A stretch of DNA of 64,000 bases from positions 5,574-69,573 of the forward strand of contig CAYVWQ010000008.1 of assembly GCA_964455545.1 (NCBI GenBank), given 5' to 3'. Positions 45,297-54,652 of the stretch are shown piece by piece (position 1 is the first letter of the stretch; every line of letters starts with the position of its first letter). The stretch comes from an uncultured Thermoleophilaceae bacterium. GTDB lineage: Bacteria; Actinomycetota; Thermoleophilia; Solirubrobacterales; JACPNS01. The notes under the pieces are model-generated. The model searched no databases. It worked only from the letters and a program-made list of their open reading frames with translations, and was not told where the DNA came from. Made by a program: the position numbers and the translations under genes.

Positions 45297-46690
45297 TCAA
45301 GCGTCTTCTCAACATGCCGATCGGTCGGGCCTACATGCTCGCACTGATGTTTTCCGCCGTGCCGATTTTCGTCATCGCGATCGCCGTGTTCGTCTACACC
45401 GGCGGTGTCGGTGACAACGTCGACACGGTCCAGCAGCAGGTCCAGGCGGCGAGCGTGAACAGCAGCGGCCACGTCGCGAAGGGCGCTGTGACGGCGCGTC
45501 CGGACTTCAACAACATCGTCCCGCCGTGGGTGATTTTCACGTTGATCGTGGTGATCGCCGGGGGCCTGTTCGTGCGCGCAACGCTGACCAAGGCGACGAC
45601 GGCGGTCACGGAACTGCTCGTGGCAGACGCACGCGCGGTCGCCGGCGGCGACCTACGCCCTGAGTCGCGGCCGGTCTTTCGCAGCGAGTACGGCACGCTG
45701 CAGGCGAGCATGGGCCGAATGATCGGCTCGTTCCGAACGACGATCCAGCGCATCGAGACTGCGTCACGCGAGCTCAGCCAGGCCGCGGCCGAGATGGCCC
45801 ACACCTCTGACGAGGCCGGTAACGCGATCGGCGAGGTCGCCCAGGCGATCAGCGCGATCAGCGAGGGCGCTTCGCACCAGGTGGAACTGGTTTCGCGCTC
45901 GTCCTACGTGGTTGAGGAGATTGAAGGCCAGATCCGCGACGCATCTGAGCACGCGCGGGAGTCGCAGCATCAGAGCGCCGACACCGAGAAGCTCTCGGAG
46001 GAGGGCCTCCAGCGTGCCGCGGAGGTTCAAGAGGCGATGCAGGCCGTGCGTGAGAGCTCGCTGAGCACAGCCGAGGTCGTCCGTTCGCTCGGCGAGAAGT
46101 CCGCCGACATCGATCAGATCGTCCAGGCGATCACCGACATCGCCGCGCAGACCAACATGCTCGCGCTGAACGCTTCGATCGAGGCAGCCCGCGCCGGCGA
46201 CCAGGGTCGCGGCTTCGCGAACGTCGCCGAAGAGGTCCGCGTTCTCGCGGAGGACGCCCAGTCTTCCGCCGAGGAGATCGCGCGCCTCGTGTACGAGATC
46301 AAGATTCAGACCGAACAGGCGGTTGCGGCGATGGAGGACGGCGTCGTCCGCGTCGAGGAAGGGTTCGAGACGGTCAACCGCAATCGCCAGACGTTTTACG
46401 ACATCGGCGGCGCAGTGCGAGCTCTGCATGCGAGCTCGAACGAGATCACCGACCTCGCTGAAGGGATCGCGCTGGGCACCGAGCAGGTGCGCAAGCAGAT
46501 CGAGCAGGTCGCGAGCGTTGCACAGGAGTCGAGCGCCTCGACCGAGCAGGTCAGCGCCTCGACCGAGGAGACGTCGGCGGCGGCCCAAGAGGTGTCCGCT
46601 TCGGCGCAGAAGGTCGCCCACACAGCGGCCGCGCTCTCCGAGCTCTCCGGGCGCTTCACGTTGCCTGAGCGCAACGCAGAGGCCGCCTGA
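45293..46690 (+). CDS. Methyl-accepting chemotaxis protein, type B (pair 2)
   Basis: [34 protein letters not shown]; ATGA overlap. Confidence 0.93.
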   Translation: MIKRLLNMPIGRAYMLALMFSAVPIFVIAIAVFVYTGGVGDNVDTVQQQVQAASVNSSGHVAKGAVTARPDFNNIVPPWVIFTLIVVIAGGLFVRATLTKATTAVTELLVADARAVAGGDLRPESRPVFRSEYGTLQASMGRMIGSFRTTIQRIETASRELSQAAAEMAHTSDEAGNAIGEVAQAISAISEGASHQVELVSRSSYVVEEIEGQIRDASEHARESQHQSADTEKLSEEGLQRAAEVQEAMQAVRESSLSTAEVVRSLGEKSADIDQIVQAITDIAAQTNMLALNASIEAARAGDQGRGFANVAEEVRVLAEDAQSSAEEIARLVYEIKIQTEQAVAAMEDGVVRVEEGFETVNRNRQTFYDIGGAVRALHASSNEITDLAEGIALGTEQVRKQIEQVASVAQESSASTEQVSASTEETSAAAQEVSASAQKVAHTAAALSELSGRFTLPERNAEAA

Positions 46691-46798
46691 ACACGCGCGT
46701 TCTTCACGCAAACAGGCGTACCGCGCTCATGGTAAGCGCGCGGTGAGCCGACAACAGGACTGAGGTTCGGACCCTGGTCCGGACCGAGGACAAGGGAC

Positions 46799-48319
46799 AT
46801 GGCAGACGACAAAGACTTCAGCTCGCGGGAGCTGCGCATGACGCGGCTGTTTCCCCAGTGGTTCAAAGACCTCGATTCAGCCGTCAAGCCGGTCGTGTCA
46901 TCCGGCATCCTGCTCGTGGTTGCGGCCCCTCTTGTCGCGATGACGATCCGCTCATGGAACCACGCGTCGTCGCTGCAGGCCAGGCTCGAGACGTTGCTGG
47001 CCAAGGGCGGGAGCAGCGAACAGGTCGCTGAGCTCACGCGGCAGTTCGAGAGCGCCAACTCGAGCGCGCAGCGCGGCATCATTCTCACGGCGGGGATCGC
47101 CTGGATCGGAGCCATGTTCATCGCCTACACGACCTCGAAGCTTGCGGCCGACTGGCTGAGCGACCTCACGACGCGTGTTCGCCGCGCCGCCGACGGCGAT
47201 CTCACAACGGAAATCCTGCGCGACAACAAGAGTCAGATCGGTGACATCCAGGAGACGCTCGGGAAGATGATCGGAAGCTTTCACGCGACGGTCGAGCGGA
47301 TCGGGCGCGCCTCCCGCGATCTCAAGGATGCGTCGATCGAGATGAGCGGAATCACTGACGAGGCCGGCGGTGCGATCGGCGAGGTCGCCCACTCGGTCTC
47401 CACGATCAGCGTCGGTGCCGGAAACCAGGTTGACTTGATCGGCGCCACCTCAGGTGAGGTCGGTGCGATCGAAGAAGCCGTTCGCGACGCCGTCGAGCAT
47501 GCGGCGCTCGTGCGCACCCAGAGCGCCGCAACCGTTGAACTGACCGAGCAGGGCGTTGTTCGCGCGGCAGAGATCGAGGCCGCGATCGAACACGTCCGCG
47601 ACACCGGCGCCGAGATGGGCCGCGTCATCTACCTGCTCGGCAAGAAGTCGACCGACATCGACGAGATGGTCGCGTCGATCGCCGACATCGCCGAACAGAC
47701 GAACCTGCTGGCGTTGAATGCCGCGATCGAAGCAGCTCGCGCGGGAGAGCAGGGCCGCGGTTTCGCGGTCGTCGCCGAAGAGGTGCGAAAGCTTGCCGAA
47801 GAGGCACAGTCCGCAGCCGCCGAGATCGCGGTGATGACGGCGGATGTCCGCGAATGCACCGAGCGTGCGATCGACGCCGTGCGCGAAGGCACGCCTACCG
47901 TGATGCGCAGCATCGAGGCCGTCGAACAGAACCGCGACGCATTCGGTGAGATCAGCGATGCCGCAGCGGCGCTCAACTCGGCGACCGCCGAGATCGCCGT
48001 CCTGGCCGAAGGAATCGCCGGCGACGCCGCCCGGGTGCGGGCCGAGATCGAGGACATCGCGTCGGTTGCGGAAGAATCCTCCGCCTCAACCGAGCAGGTC
48101 AGCGCTGCGACCCAGGAATCGTCGGCGTCGGCCGAGGAGGTCGCCGCAGCGGCGTCGCGCGTCGCCGGAACCGCCACCGAACTGGCGGCCGTCGTCGGCG
48201 AGTTCAAGCTTGAGCGTGGTGCGCGCAACGTCCACCGGCTCGTGCCGCGCGGGTCGGGCAGACCGGAGGAGAACGGCGACTCCGAGGATCCCCGACTAGG
48301 AGAGGCGGCGGCAGGATGA
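46799..48319 (+). CDS. Methyl-accepting chemotaxis protein, type A (pair 3)
   Basis: 2 TM, HAMP, canonical tip motif. Confidence 0.95.
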   Translation: MADDKDFSSRELRMTRLFPQWFKDLDSAVKPVVSSGILLVVAAPLVAMTIRSWNHASSLQARLETLLAKGGSSEQVAELTRQFESANSSAQRGIILTAGIAWIGAMFIAYTTSKLAADWLSDLTTRVRRAADGDLTTEILRDNKSQIGDIQETLGKMIGSFHATVERIGRASRDLKDASIEMSGITDEAGGAIGEVAHSVSTISVGAGNQVDLIGATSGEVGAIEEAVRDAVEHAALVRTQSAATVELTEQGVVRAAEIEAAIEHVRDTGAEMGRVIYLLGKKSTDIDEMVASIADIAEQTNLLALNAAIEAARAGEQGRGFAVVAEEVRKLAEEAQSAAAEIAVMTADVRECTERAIDAVREGTPTVMRSIEAVEQNRDAFGEISDAAAALNSATAEIAVLAEGIAGDAARVRAEIEDIASVAEESSASTEQVSAATQESSASAEEVAAAASRVAGTATELAAVVGEFKLERGARNVHRLVPRGSGRPEENGDSEDPRLGEAAAG

Positions 48320-49689
48320 AAAAGCTGCTTTCAATGCCACTGACCAAGGCCTACGTGATCACGACGATCGTCGCGACCATCCCCGCTGCGACGTTCGGCA
48401 TCTACTTCTACCTGCAGCTCGGCAACTCGAACGCCGAGGCCACTCGAATCGCCGATGCCGCCGCGAGCGCCCCGGCCGAGTTCGAGGGCGGAGCCCTCGG
48501 CGATCTGACCTTTCACCACAACGTCTGGTTCTGGCTGGCCGGCGTCGTAATCACCTTCGTCATCGCCGGAGCGATCATCCGCGTCGTGCTCGGGAACGTC
48601 ACGCTGCGGGCCGTCGATCAGATGATCGAGGACATGCGCGCCGCGGCGACCGGCGACCTTTCGATCGAGCCGAGGATCACGCTCGGCAACGAATACGGCG
48701 ACCTCCAGCGCGAGTTCGCGCGGCTGATGGCCAATTTCCGCTCGACGATCATGCGGATCGACCGTGCAGCGCGCGACCTTCGCCAGCTGGCGGCGGAGAT
48801 GAGCCACACCTCAGACGAGGCCGGCGGCGCGATCGGTGAAGTAGCGCAGGCGATCTCGGCGATCAGTGAGGGCGCCTCGCACCAGGTTGAGCTTGTTTCG
48901 CGATCTGCGCAGCACATCGACTCGATCGACCAGGCCGTGAAGGACGCCTACGAGTACGCCGGGGAGGTGCGCCGGCAGAGTGCCGACGCCGCCAAGCTGG
49001 CCGATGCCGGCATCGAGCGTGCCGAAGAGGTTGAAGCGGCAATGCGGGTCACCAGTGATGCGGCCGACAAGACCTCGGAGATCGTTCGCGAGCTGGCCGA
49101 ACGCTCCAGCGGCATTCAGGAGATCGTCCAGTCGATCGCCGAAATTGCCGCGCAGACCAACATGCTCGCGCTCAACGCTTCGATCGAAGCCGCGCGGGCC
49201 GGCCAGGAGGGTCGCGGCTTCGCCAACGTCGCCGACGAGGTCCGTGTGCTCGCCGAGGACTCACAGGATGCGGTCGCGAAGATCGGCGAAGTGGTCAACG
49301 AGATCGCGCGCCAGACGGCCGAAGCGATCGAGGCGATGGAATCGGGAATCGTCCGCACGCGCGAAAGCGTCGCAACCGTGGGCGAGAGTCGTCAGACCTT
49401 CTACGACATCAGCGGTGCGATCCACCAGCTCGGCGACCGTTCCGCCGAGATCACCGACTTGACCGGCGAGATCGTCGCGGCCGCGGCACGCGCCCGCGAG
49501 CACGTCGCCGAGGTCGCCGTCGTCGCCGAGCAGTCGAGCGCTTCGACCGAAGAGGTCAGCGCCTCAACCGAGGAGACCTCGGCTGCGGCCCAGGAGGTCA
49601 CCGCGTCGGCGCAGAAGGTCGCCGACACCGCGACCGCGCTGGCCGACCTCTCGGGCCGCTTCAAGTTGCCCGAGCAGTCGGCGGCCTGA
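48316..49689 (+). CDS. Methyl-accepting chemotaxis protein, type B (pair 3)
   Basis: [34 protein letters not shown]; ATGA overlap. Confidence 0.93.
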   Translation: MKKLLSMPLTKAYVITTIVATIPAATFGIYFYLQLGNSNAEATRIADAAASAPAEFEGGALGDLTFHHNVWFWLAGVVITFVIAGAIIRVVLGNVTLRAVDQMIEDMRAAATGDLSIEPRITLGNEYGDLQREFARLMANFRSTIMRIDRAARDLRQLAAEMSHTSDEAGGAIGEVAQAISAISEGASHQVELVSRSAQHIDSIDQAVKDAYEYAGEVRRQSADAAKLADAGIERAEEVEAAMRVTSDAADKTSEIVRELAERSSGIQEIVQSIAEIAAQTNMLALNASIEAARAGQEGRGFANVADEVRVLAEDSQDAVAKIGEVVNEIARQTAEAIEAMESGIVRTRESVATVGESRQTFYDISGAIHQLGDRSAEITDLTGEIVAAAARAREHVAEVAVVAEQSSASTEEVSASTEETSAAAQEVTASAQKVADTATALADLSGRFKLPEQSAA

Positions 49690-49729
49690 CGGCTCGACAC
49701 GCCGGCGGGATCGCCGCTACGTTGCAGGC

Positions 49730-50116
49730 ATGGGTATTTCCGATGGAAGGGTCTTCGCGACGGTCGCGGTCAGCAGCTTCGACGTGGCGCACGAGTTCTA
49801 TGAAGGCACGCTGGGCCTGAAAAAGATGGAAGAGAACGTCGGCGGCGTCGGTTTTGAGTGCGGCGGCGGCAACATCTTCGTCTATGTCTCCGACACGGCG
49901 GGCACCGGCGAGGCGACGGCCGCGATGTGGGAGGTCGACGACGTTTCATCGGTCGCCTCGGAGCTCGCCGCCAAAGGCGTGAAGTTCGAGCACTATGACC
50001 TCCCTGACACCGAGATCGTCGGTGACGTACACCAATGGGACGGCGGAGCCTTCAAGAACGCATGGTTCCGCGATCCCGACGGCAACATCCTCGGAATCGT
50101 CAGCGGCTCGATGTGA
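49730..50116 (+). CDS. VOC/glyoxalase-family protein
   Basis: AHEFYEGTLGL...WEVDDV...AWFRDPDGNILGI. Confidence 0.9.
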   Translation: MGISDGRVFATVAVSSFDVAHEFYEGTLGLKKMEENVGGVGFECGGGNIFVYVSDTAGTGEATAAMWEVDDVSSVASELAAKGVKFEHYDLPDTEIVGDVHQWDGGAFKNAWFRDPDGNILGIVSGSM

Positions 50117-50845
50117 TCAGCTGACGGCGAACGCCGAAGCTTCTGGGTCGATCGCGATCCAGGTCCCCTTGGCGTAAGCGCAGAGCTCGCCTTCGGACGT
50201 GTAGATCGCCGAGCCGCCAAAGAACTTGCGCTCTTCGATTCCGATCGGCCAGCCGATCACGATGTGTTCGCGGTCGACGGAGACTGGACTGAGCTGGCGG
50301 GCGGCGAGTCTGCCGAGCACGGCGTGCGGAGGTGCGCCACCGAGCTGCGCGCCGAAATAGGTCGGGCAGTCGAGCGCTGCCCAGACGACGCGCGCCATCA
50401 CCGAGCCGAAGCTGCCGGCGATGTCCTGGGCCGGATGCCAGTGGCTCGCGACGACTTCTCGGCCCTCGACCTGTCCGGTGAAGAGCCGCAGGCCGTCGTG
50501 CTCGGCGCGATCTGGGCCGCAGACGAAGCAGCCGGGGAAGATGTGGTGCGCATGACCGGTGTATTCCGACTCGGCCGCTCGGGCCTGCTCGATGGACGGC
50601 GGCGCCGGTACGTCGAGACCGAACTCGGTAGCGTGGCCCTGCGCGATCAGCTGCTCGCCGTCGGTGAGAGTCCATTCTCCGTCGCGCTCGGTGATCGCCA
50701 GCGGCCGGTCGAGCGGCGGTGGCGCCGTAAGCGTCACCTCGGCGCAGTCACCGATCAGCGATCCGATGATGCCTGCGCTGTAGCCGCCGTTGCCCGAACC
50801 GGGCGGGCCTTTGTAGCGCTGCTCGATCGTCGCGAAGTCGGGCAT
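50117..50845 (-). CDS. Hotdog-fold (thioesterase-like) protein
   Basis: YKGPPGSGNGGYSAG, HIFPGCFVCGP, WAALDCP. Confidence 0.7.
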   Translation of the reverse strand: MPDFATIEQRYKGPPGSGNGGYSAGIIGSLIGDCAEVTLTAPPPLDRPLAITERDGEWTLTDGEQLIAQGHATEFGLDVPAPPSIEQARAAESEYTGHAHHIFPGCFVCGPDRAEHDGLRLFTGQVEGREVVASHWHPAQDIAGSFGSVMARVVWAALDCPTYFGAQLGGAPPHAVLGRLAARQLSPVSVDREHIVIGWPIGIEERKFFGGSAIYTSEGELCAYAKGTWIAIDPEASAFAVS

Positions 50846-50855
50846 GTCGGGGAAG

Positions 50856-52301
50856 CTACTTCACGATGGTGACCGACGGCGCCTTGACCGTGCCCGGCTC
50901 GTCTCCGCCGGACGTCTTGATCGTGCCGCCCGCGAGGGTCGGCGTGCCACGCAGCTGGTAGACGCCGGGCACGAGCGCCTTCTTCTTCCAGCGCCCGCTG
51001 AACCAGAACTTGTTCGCCCCTGCTGACGCCGCAACGCTTTCCACGCCCTTGGCCAGGCGCCAGCTCTTCTTGCCCTCCTTCGTCACCCGCTTGAACAGAC
51101 GGAAATGCATCGTTCCGGGGGCCGTCAGTTGGAACGAGACCGTTGCTCCGCGTCCCGCGTTCGACTTCCTTTTCGCCCTCGACGCAGACTGGAACGCAGC
51201 GCCGGTTCTGGCCGCCTTGAAACGGCGTGCGGACTGCTTGAACTTCGACGCGGTCGGGGCGACCGGCGTCACGGGAGCGAGGATCGGGGTCTGACCGGTC
51301 GGCGTGGCGCCGGGAACGGCGACCGAATACTCGTACGGACCGATGTCGACTGCCGCGCCCTGGATGCGGGCGGTGTTGTCGAGGTCGGTCGTGCCGGTCG
51401 TGGTGGCGTCGTCGCCTGCGTCGATCGTCGGCGAGCCCTCGAGCGGGCGATGGTCGGAGTCGAGCAGCGGTGCGGACGTCTGGTTGGTGCCGGTGCCGGG
51501 GCTCGTGACGGTTGCCGGTCCCGACGCCAGCACGGTGTCGAAGTTGGAGTGCTCTGCGGTCACCGTCAGCGTGGCTCCGTTGGCGCCGTTCGAGACGGCG
51601 ACGATGTCCTTGGTGTCACCGGACACGATCGAGTTCTGAACGTTCAACGTCGTCTGGACGTAATCATCGCTGTGCGCCTCGATGCCGTAGGCCAGGCCGG
51701 CCGCCAGCACGTTGCGGTACGTGTAAGTGCGCGGCGGGATCGCACCGCCGGCCGATATCGCGTAGTAGATGCCGCCGCCGCTCGGCCGGTCGTTCACGCA
51801 GATCGAGTTCGAGATGTCCTGGTCGCCGAGACAGGCGTCCCACGCCATCGAGCCGGTGACCGCGACGCGCTGGATCGATCCGTTCGACGCGCCGAAGCCG
51901 AGCAGGGGATAACCGAGGTCGGCTCGTTGGACGACGACGACGTTGAGGTCGCTCGTGTCGCCGTAGTTCGCGCTGAACGCGACTGTCTTGGTCGAGGTTG
52001 TGGCGTACACGGTGGGGCGATTACCGGGGACGCCGCGGTAACTGCGGTAGTAGAGATCGGCGCCCACGTCCGCGATCGGCGCAGCGAGGCTGCCGTACGT
52101 ACCTGGTGCGAGGTTGATCGTGTCGTTCACGGCCGACTGTTGGATCGCCCGCTGGAGGGAGCACGGAGACCCGGCCGGGCACGTCGTCCCCGAAGTCGAA
52201 CCGCCGGGACTGGCGTAAAGGTCGCTGGCCGAAGCGGTTCCGGCGAGGGTCAGAGCGACGGCGATGGCCGCGGCAAAGCTGAGGAGGCGAAATATGTGCA
52301 T
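50856..52301 (-). CDS. Secreted protein with choice-of-anchor-Q-like domain and basic C-terminal domain
   Basis: Signal peptide; GSPTIDAG...DLD..AR...VDIGPYEY motif; start MHIFRLL with CATAAT 7 nt upstream. Confidence 0.7.
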   Translation of the reverse strand: MHIFRLLSFAAAIAVALTLAGTASASDLYASPGGSTSGTTCPAGSPCSLQRAIQQSAVNDTINLAPGTYGSLAAPIADVGADLYYRSYRGVPGNRPTVYATTSTKTVAFSANYGDTSDLNVVVVQRADLGYPLLGFGASNGSIQRVAVTGSMAWDACLGDQDISNSICVNDRPSGGGIYYAISAGGAIPPRTYTYRNVLAAGLAYGIEAHSDDYVQTTLNVQNSIVSGDTKDIVAVSNGANGATLTVTAEHSNFDTVLASGPATVTSPGTGTNQTSAPLLDSDHRPLEGSPTIDAGDDATTTGTTDLDNTARIQGAAVDIGPYEYSVAVPGATPTGQTPILAPVTPVAPTASKFKQSARRFKAARTGAAFQSASRAKRKSNAGRGATVSFQLTAPGTMHFRLFKRVTKEGKKSWRLAKGVESVAASAGANKFWFSGRWKKKALVPGVYQLRGTPTLAGGTIKTSGGDEPGTVKAPSVTIVK

Positions 52302-52339
52302 ACCGCGCATTATGCGCGGTGCGCCTCCGGAACTCCGGC

Positions 52340-53800
52340 CTAGAAGTCCATCCCGACGTACTTCGTCTCGAGGTACTCCTCGATGCCCTCGAAGCCGCCC
52401 TCGCGGCCGAAGCCGCTCTGCTTGATGCCGCCGAACGGGGCGGCCGGGTTGCTGATCACGCCGCGGTTGAGGCCGACCATGCCGGTCTCGAGGCCCTCAA
52501 TCGTGCGGAAGGCCCGGCCGAGGTCCTGCGTGTAGACGTAGGCTGCGAGGCCGTACTCGGTCGCGTTCGCGCTGTTCAGCGCTTCCTCTTCGCTGCTGAA
52601 GGACTTGATCGGCGCGACGGGGCCGAAGACCTCGTCGACGAGGATGTTTGCGTCCGGCGTCAGATCGCCGATCACCGTCGGCGGGTAGTAGAAGCCCGGG
52701 CCGTCGAGCCGCGTGCCGCCGGTCAGGACCTTTCCGCCCTTGTCGGCGGCGTCCTGCACGAGGCCTTCGACGATCTCGCGCTGGTCCTCGTTGATCAGCG
52801 GGCCGACCTGCGTGTCTGCTTCGGTGCCGCGCCCGACCTTCATCTGGCCGAGGCGGGCTGCGAGCTTCTCGGCGAACTCCTGCGCGATCGACTCGTGGGC
52901 GTGGAAACGGTTGGCGGCGGTGCAGGCCTCGCCGTTGTTGCGCATCTTTGCGAGGATCGCGCCCTTGACGGCCGCGTCGAGGTCGGCATCCTCGTGGACG
53001 ATGAACGGGGCGTTGCCGCCGAGTTCCATCGAGACCTTGAGCACCTGGTCGGCCGAGTCCTTGATCAACATCTTGCCGACTTCGGTCGAGCCCGTGAAGG
53101 AGAGCTTTCGTGTGCGCGGATCCTTGAGCAACGGCGAGACGATCTTCGACGCGCTCTTGCCGACGACGATGTTGACGACGCCGTCGGGAAGGCCGGCGTC
53201 CATCAGTGACTGCGCGAGCGCGAAAGACGAGAGGGGCGTCTCCTTCGCCGGCTTCATCACGACCGTACAGCCGGCGGCGAGCGCCGGTCCGATCTTGCGC
53301 GTGGCCATAGCGGCCGGGAAGTTCCACGGAGTGACGAACACGCACGGGCCGACCGGCTGCTTCATCGTCAGGATGCGTCCGACGCCGTTCGTCATCGTGC
53401 CGTAACGGCCGTTGATGCGCACCGCCTCTTCGCTGAACCAGCGGAAGAAGTCGGCGGCGTAGGCGATCTCGGCCTTGCTTTCGGAGATCGGCTTGCCCAT
53501 CTCGAGCGTCATCAGCAGTGCCAGCTCGTCGATGCGGCTGATCATGTTCTCGTAGACCGCCCGCAGGATCTCGCCGCGGTCACGCGGCGCGGTTGCCGCC
53601 CATTCCTTGCGGGAGGCCTCTGCGGCGTCGAGCGCGGCCAGCGCCTCTGATTCACCGGAATCGGCGATCTCGCAAAGCGCCTCTCCGGTCGAGGGGTCGA
53701 TCACCTCGAGCGTGCTGCCGGTGTCGACCCAGTTGCCGTTGATCAACGCCCCTTTCGGGACGGAGTCGATCACGGACTGTTCAGCGGCGACGAGTGACAC
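52340..53800 (-). CDS. gabD: NAD(P)-dependent succinate-semialdehyde dehydrogenase
   Basis: TPWNFPAAM, SFTGSTEVG, MELGGNAPF, GEACTAANR, EVFGPV, GGIKQSGFGREG; GTG at 53800 follows TACGAT-N7. Confidence 0.9.
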   Translation of the reverse strand: MSLVAAEQSVIDSVPKGALINGNWVDTGSTLEVIDPSTGEALCEIADSGESEALAALDAAEASRKEWAATAPRDRGEILRAVYENMISRIDELALLMTLEMGKPISESKAEIAYAADFFRWFSEEAVRINGRYGTMTNGVGRILTMKQPVGPCVFVTPWNFPAAMATRKIGPALAAGCTVVMKPAKETPLSSFALAQSLMDAGLPDGVVNIVVGKSASKIVSPLLKDPRTRKLSFTGSTEVGKMLIKDSADQVLKVSMELGGNAPFIVHEDADLDAAVKGAILAKMRNNGEACTAANRFHAHESIAQEFAEKLAARLGQMKVGRGTEADTQVGPLINEDQREIVEGLVQDAADKGGKVLTGGTRLDGPGFYYPPTVIGDLTPDANILVDEVFGPVAPIKSFSSEEEALNSANATEYGLAAYVYTQDLGRAFRTIEGLETGMVGLNRGVISNPAAPFGGIKQSGFGREGGFEGIEEYLETKYVGMDF

Positions 53801-53842
53801 GGCAGGGATCGTAATACCCCGCCGCGTCACATTCGCCGTGCG

Positions 53843-54505
53843 TCAGGCGGCGGCCGGGTTCGGCTCCGCAAGGCGGTGCGGAGCCGTCGAACGGCGTGCG
53901 CGCAGCAGCACCACAGAGACGCCGAGAATCCACAGCGGTGCGACGATGAAGACGGCGAATCCGCCCGGGCCGGACAGGCAGAGGATGCCGAGCACGATCG
54001 ATACCCACCCGAGCGCCTTCGGCAGCGTCGCCGTTCGAAGCGCGCCGAGACCGACGGCCCACTGGAGAATCGCCATTCCGAGTACCCAGGGCATCCAGGA
54101 GTAGTCGGTTGCGACCGCTGCCGTCAGGATGCTTTGGGCCCCGAGCTTCGCCTCGGCGGCGCCGGAGGCTGCGGCGATCGTGAAGCTCATCAGGCCGGTG
54201 CCGGCGATCAGCGCGATCCCCCCGGCGAGCGCGAGCGAGGAGTAGATCGACTCGCCGGCCTCGCCCGAACGCAACGTCGCGCGCAACTCGATAAGCAGGG
54301 GCACGAAGAAGAACATCGCGAGCAGTCCGCCGATGCTGGCGACGAAGAGGCCGGTTTGATGATCGCTGTAGAACGCGACGACCTCGGCGTGGTTGGTCGC
54401 CGACACCTGCGGCGCGCTTGGCGTCGCGAAGATCGACGCCGCAAGAATCAGGGCGCTGATGATGCCGGAGATCGGTAGAAGCTTGCGGAAACTGTCGTTG
54501 GTCAT
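53843..54505 (-). CDS. Membrane protein of unknown function (about 6 TM)
   Basis: C-terminal part of ORF 53843..55699 from MTNDSFRK; divergent from the two-component system. Confidence 0.75.
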   Translation of the reverse strand: MTNDSFRKLLPISGIISALILAASIFATPSAPQVSATNHAEVVAFYSDHQTGLFVASIGGLLAMFFFVPLLIELRATLRSGEAGESIYSSLALAGGIALIAGTGLMSFTIAAASGAAEAKLGAQSILTAAVATDYSWMPWVLGMAILQWAVGLGALRTATLPKALGWVSIVLGILCLSGPGGFAVFIVAPLWILGVSVVLLRARRSTAPHRLAEPNPAAA

Positions 54506-54652
54506 GTCAATGCTCCCTCTGAGCGATTGGGTTGAAGTGCGACAAGGCTCCCCGCCCGCGTTCCCGTCGACAAGGGGCACCGTTCCCGTCTGCGGCGGGA
54601 AATCTCCGGGAACACACCCCACGACGGCGCTCCGCTCGTGCAGAATGCCCAC

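Noticed and set aside
41690-49600. Short near-identical DNA stretches among MCP 3' ends as a separate repeat family
   Set aside because: Explained by paralogous methylation-helix coding sequence
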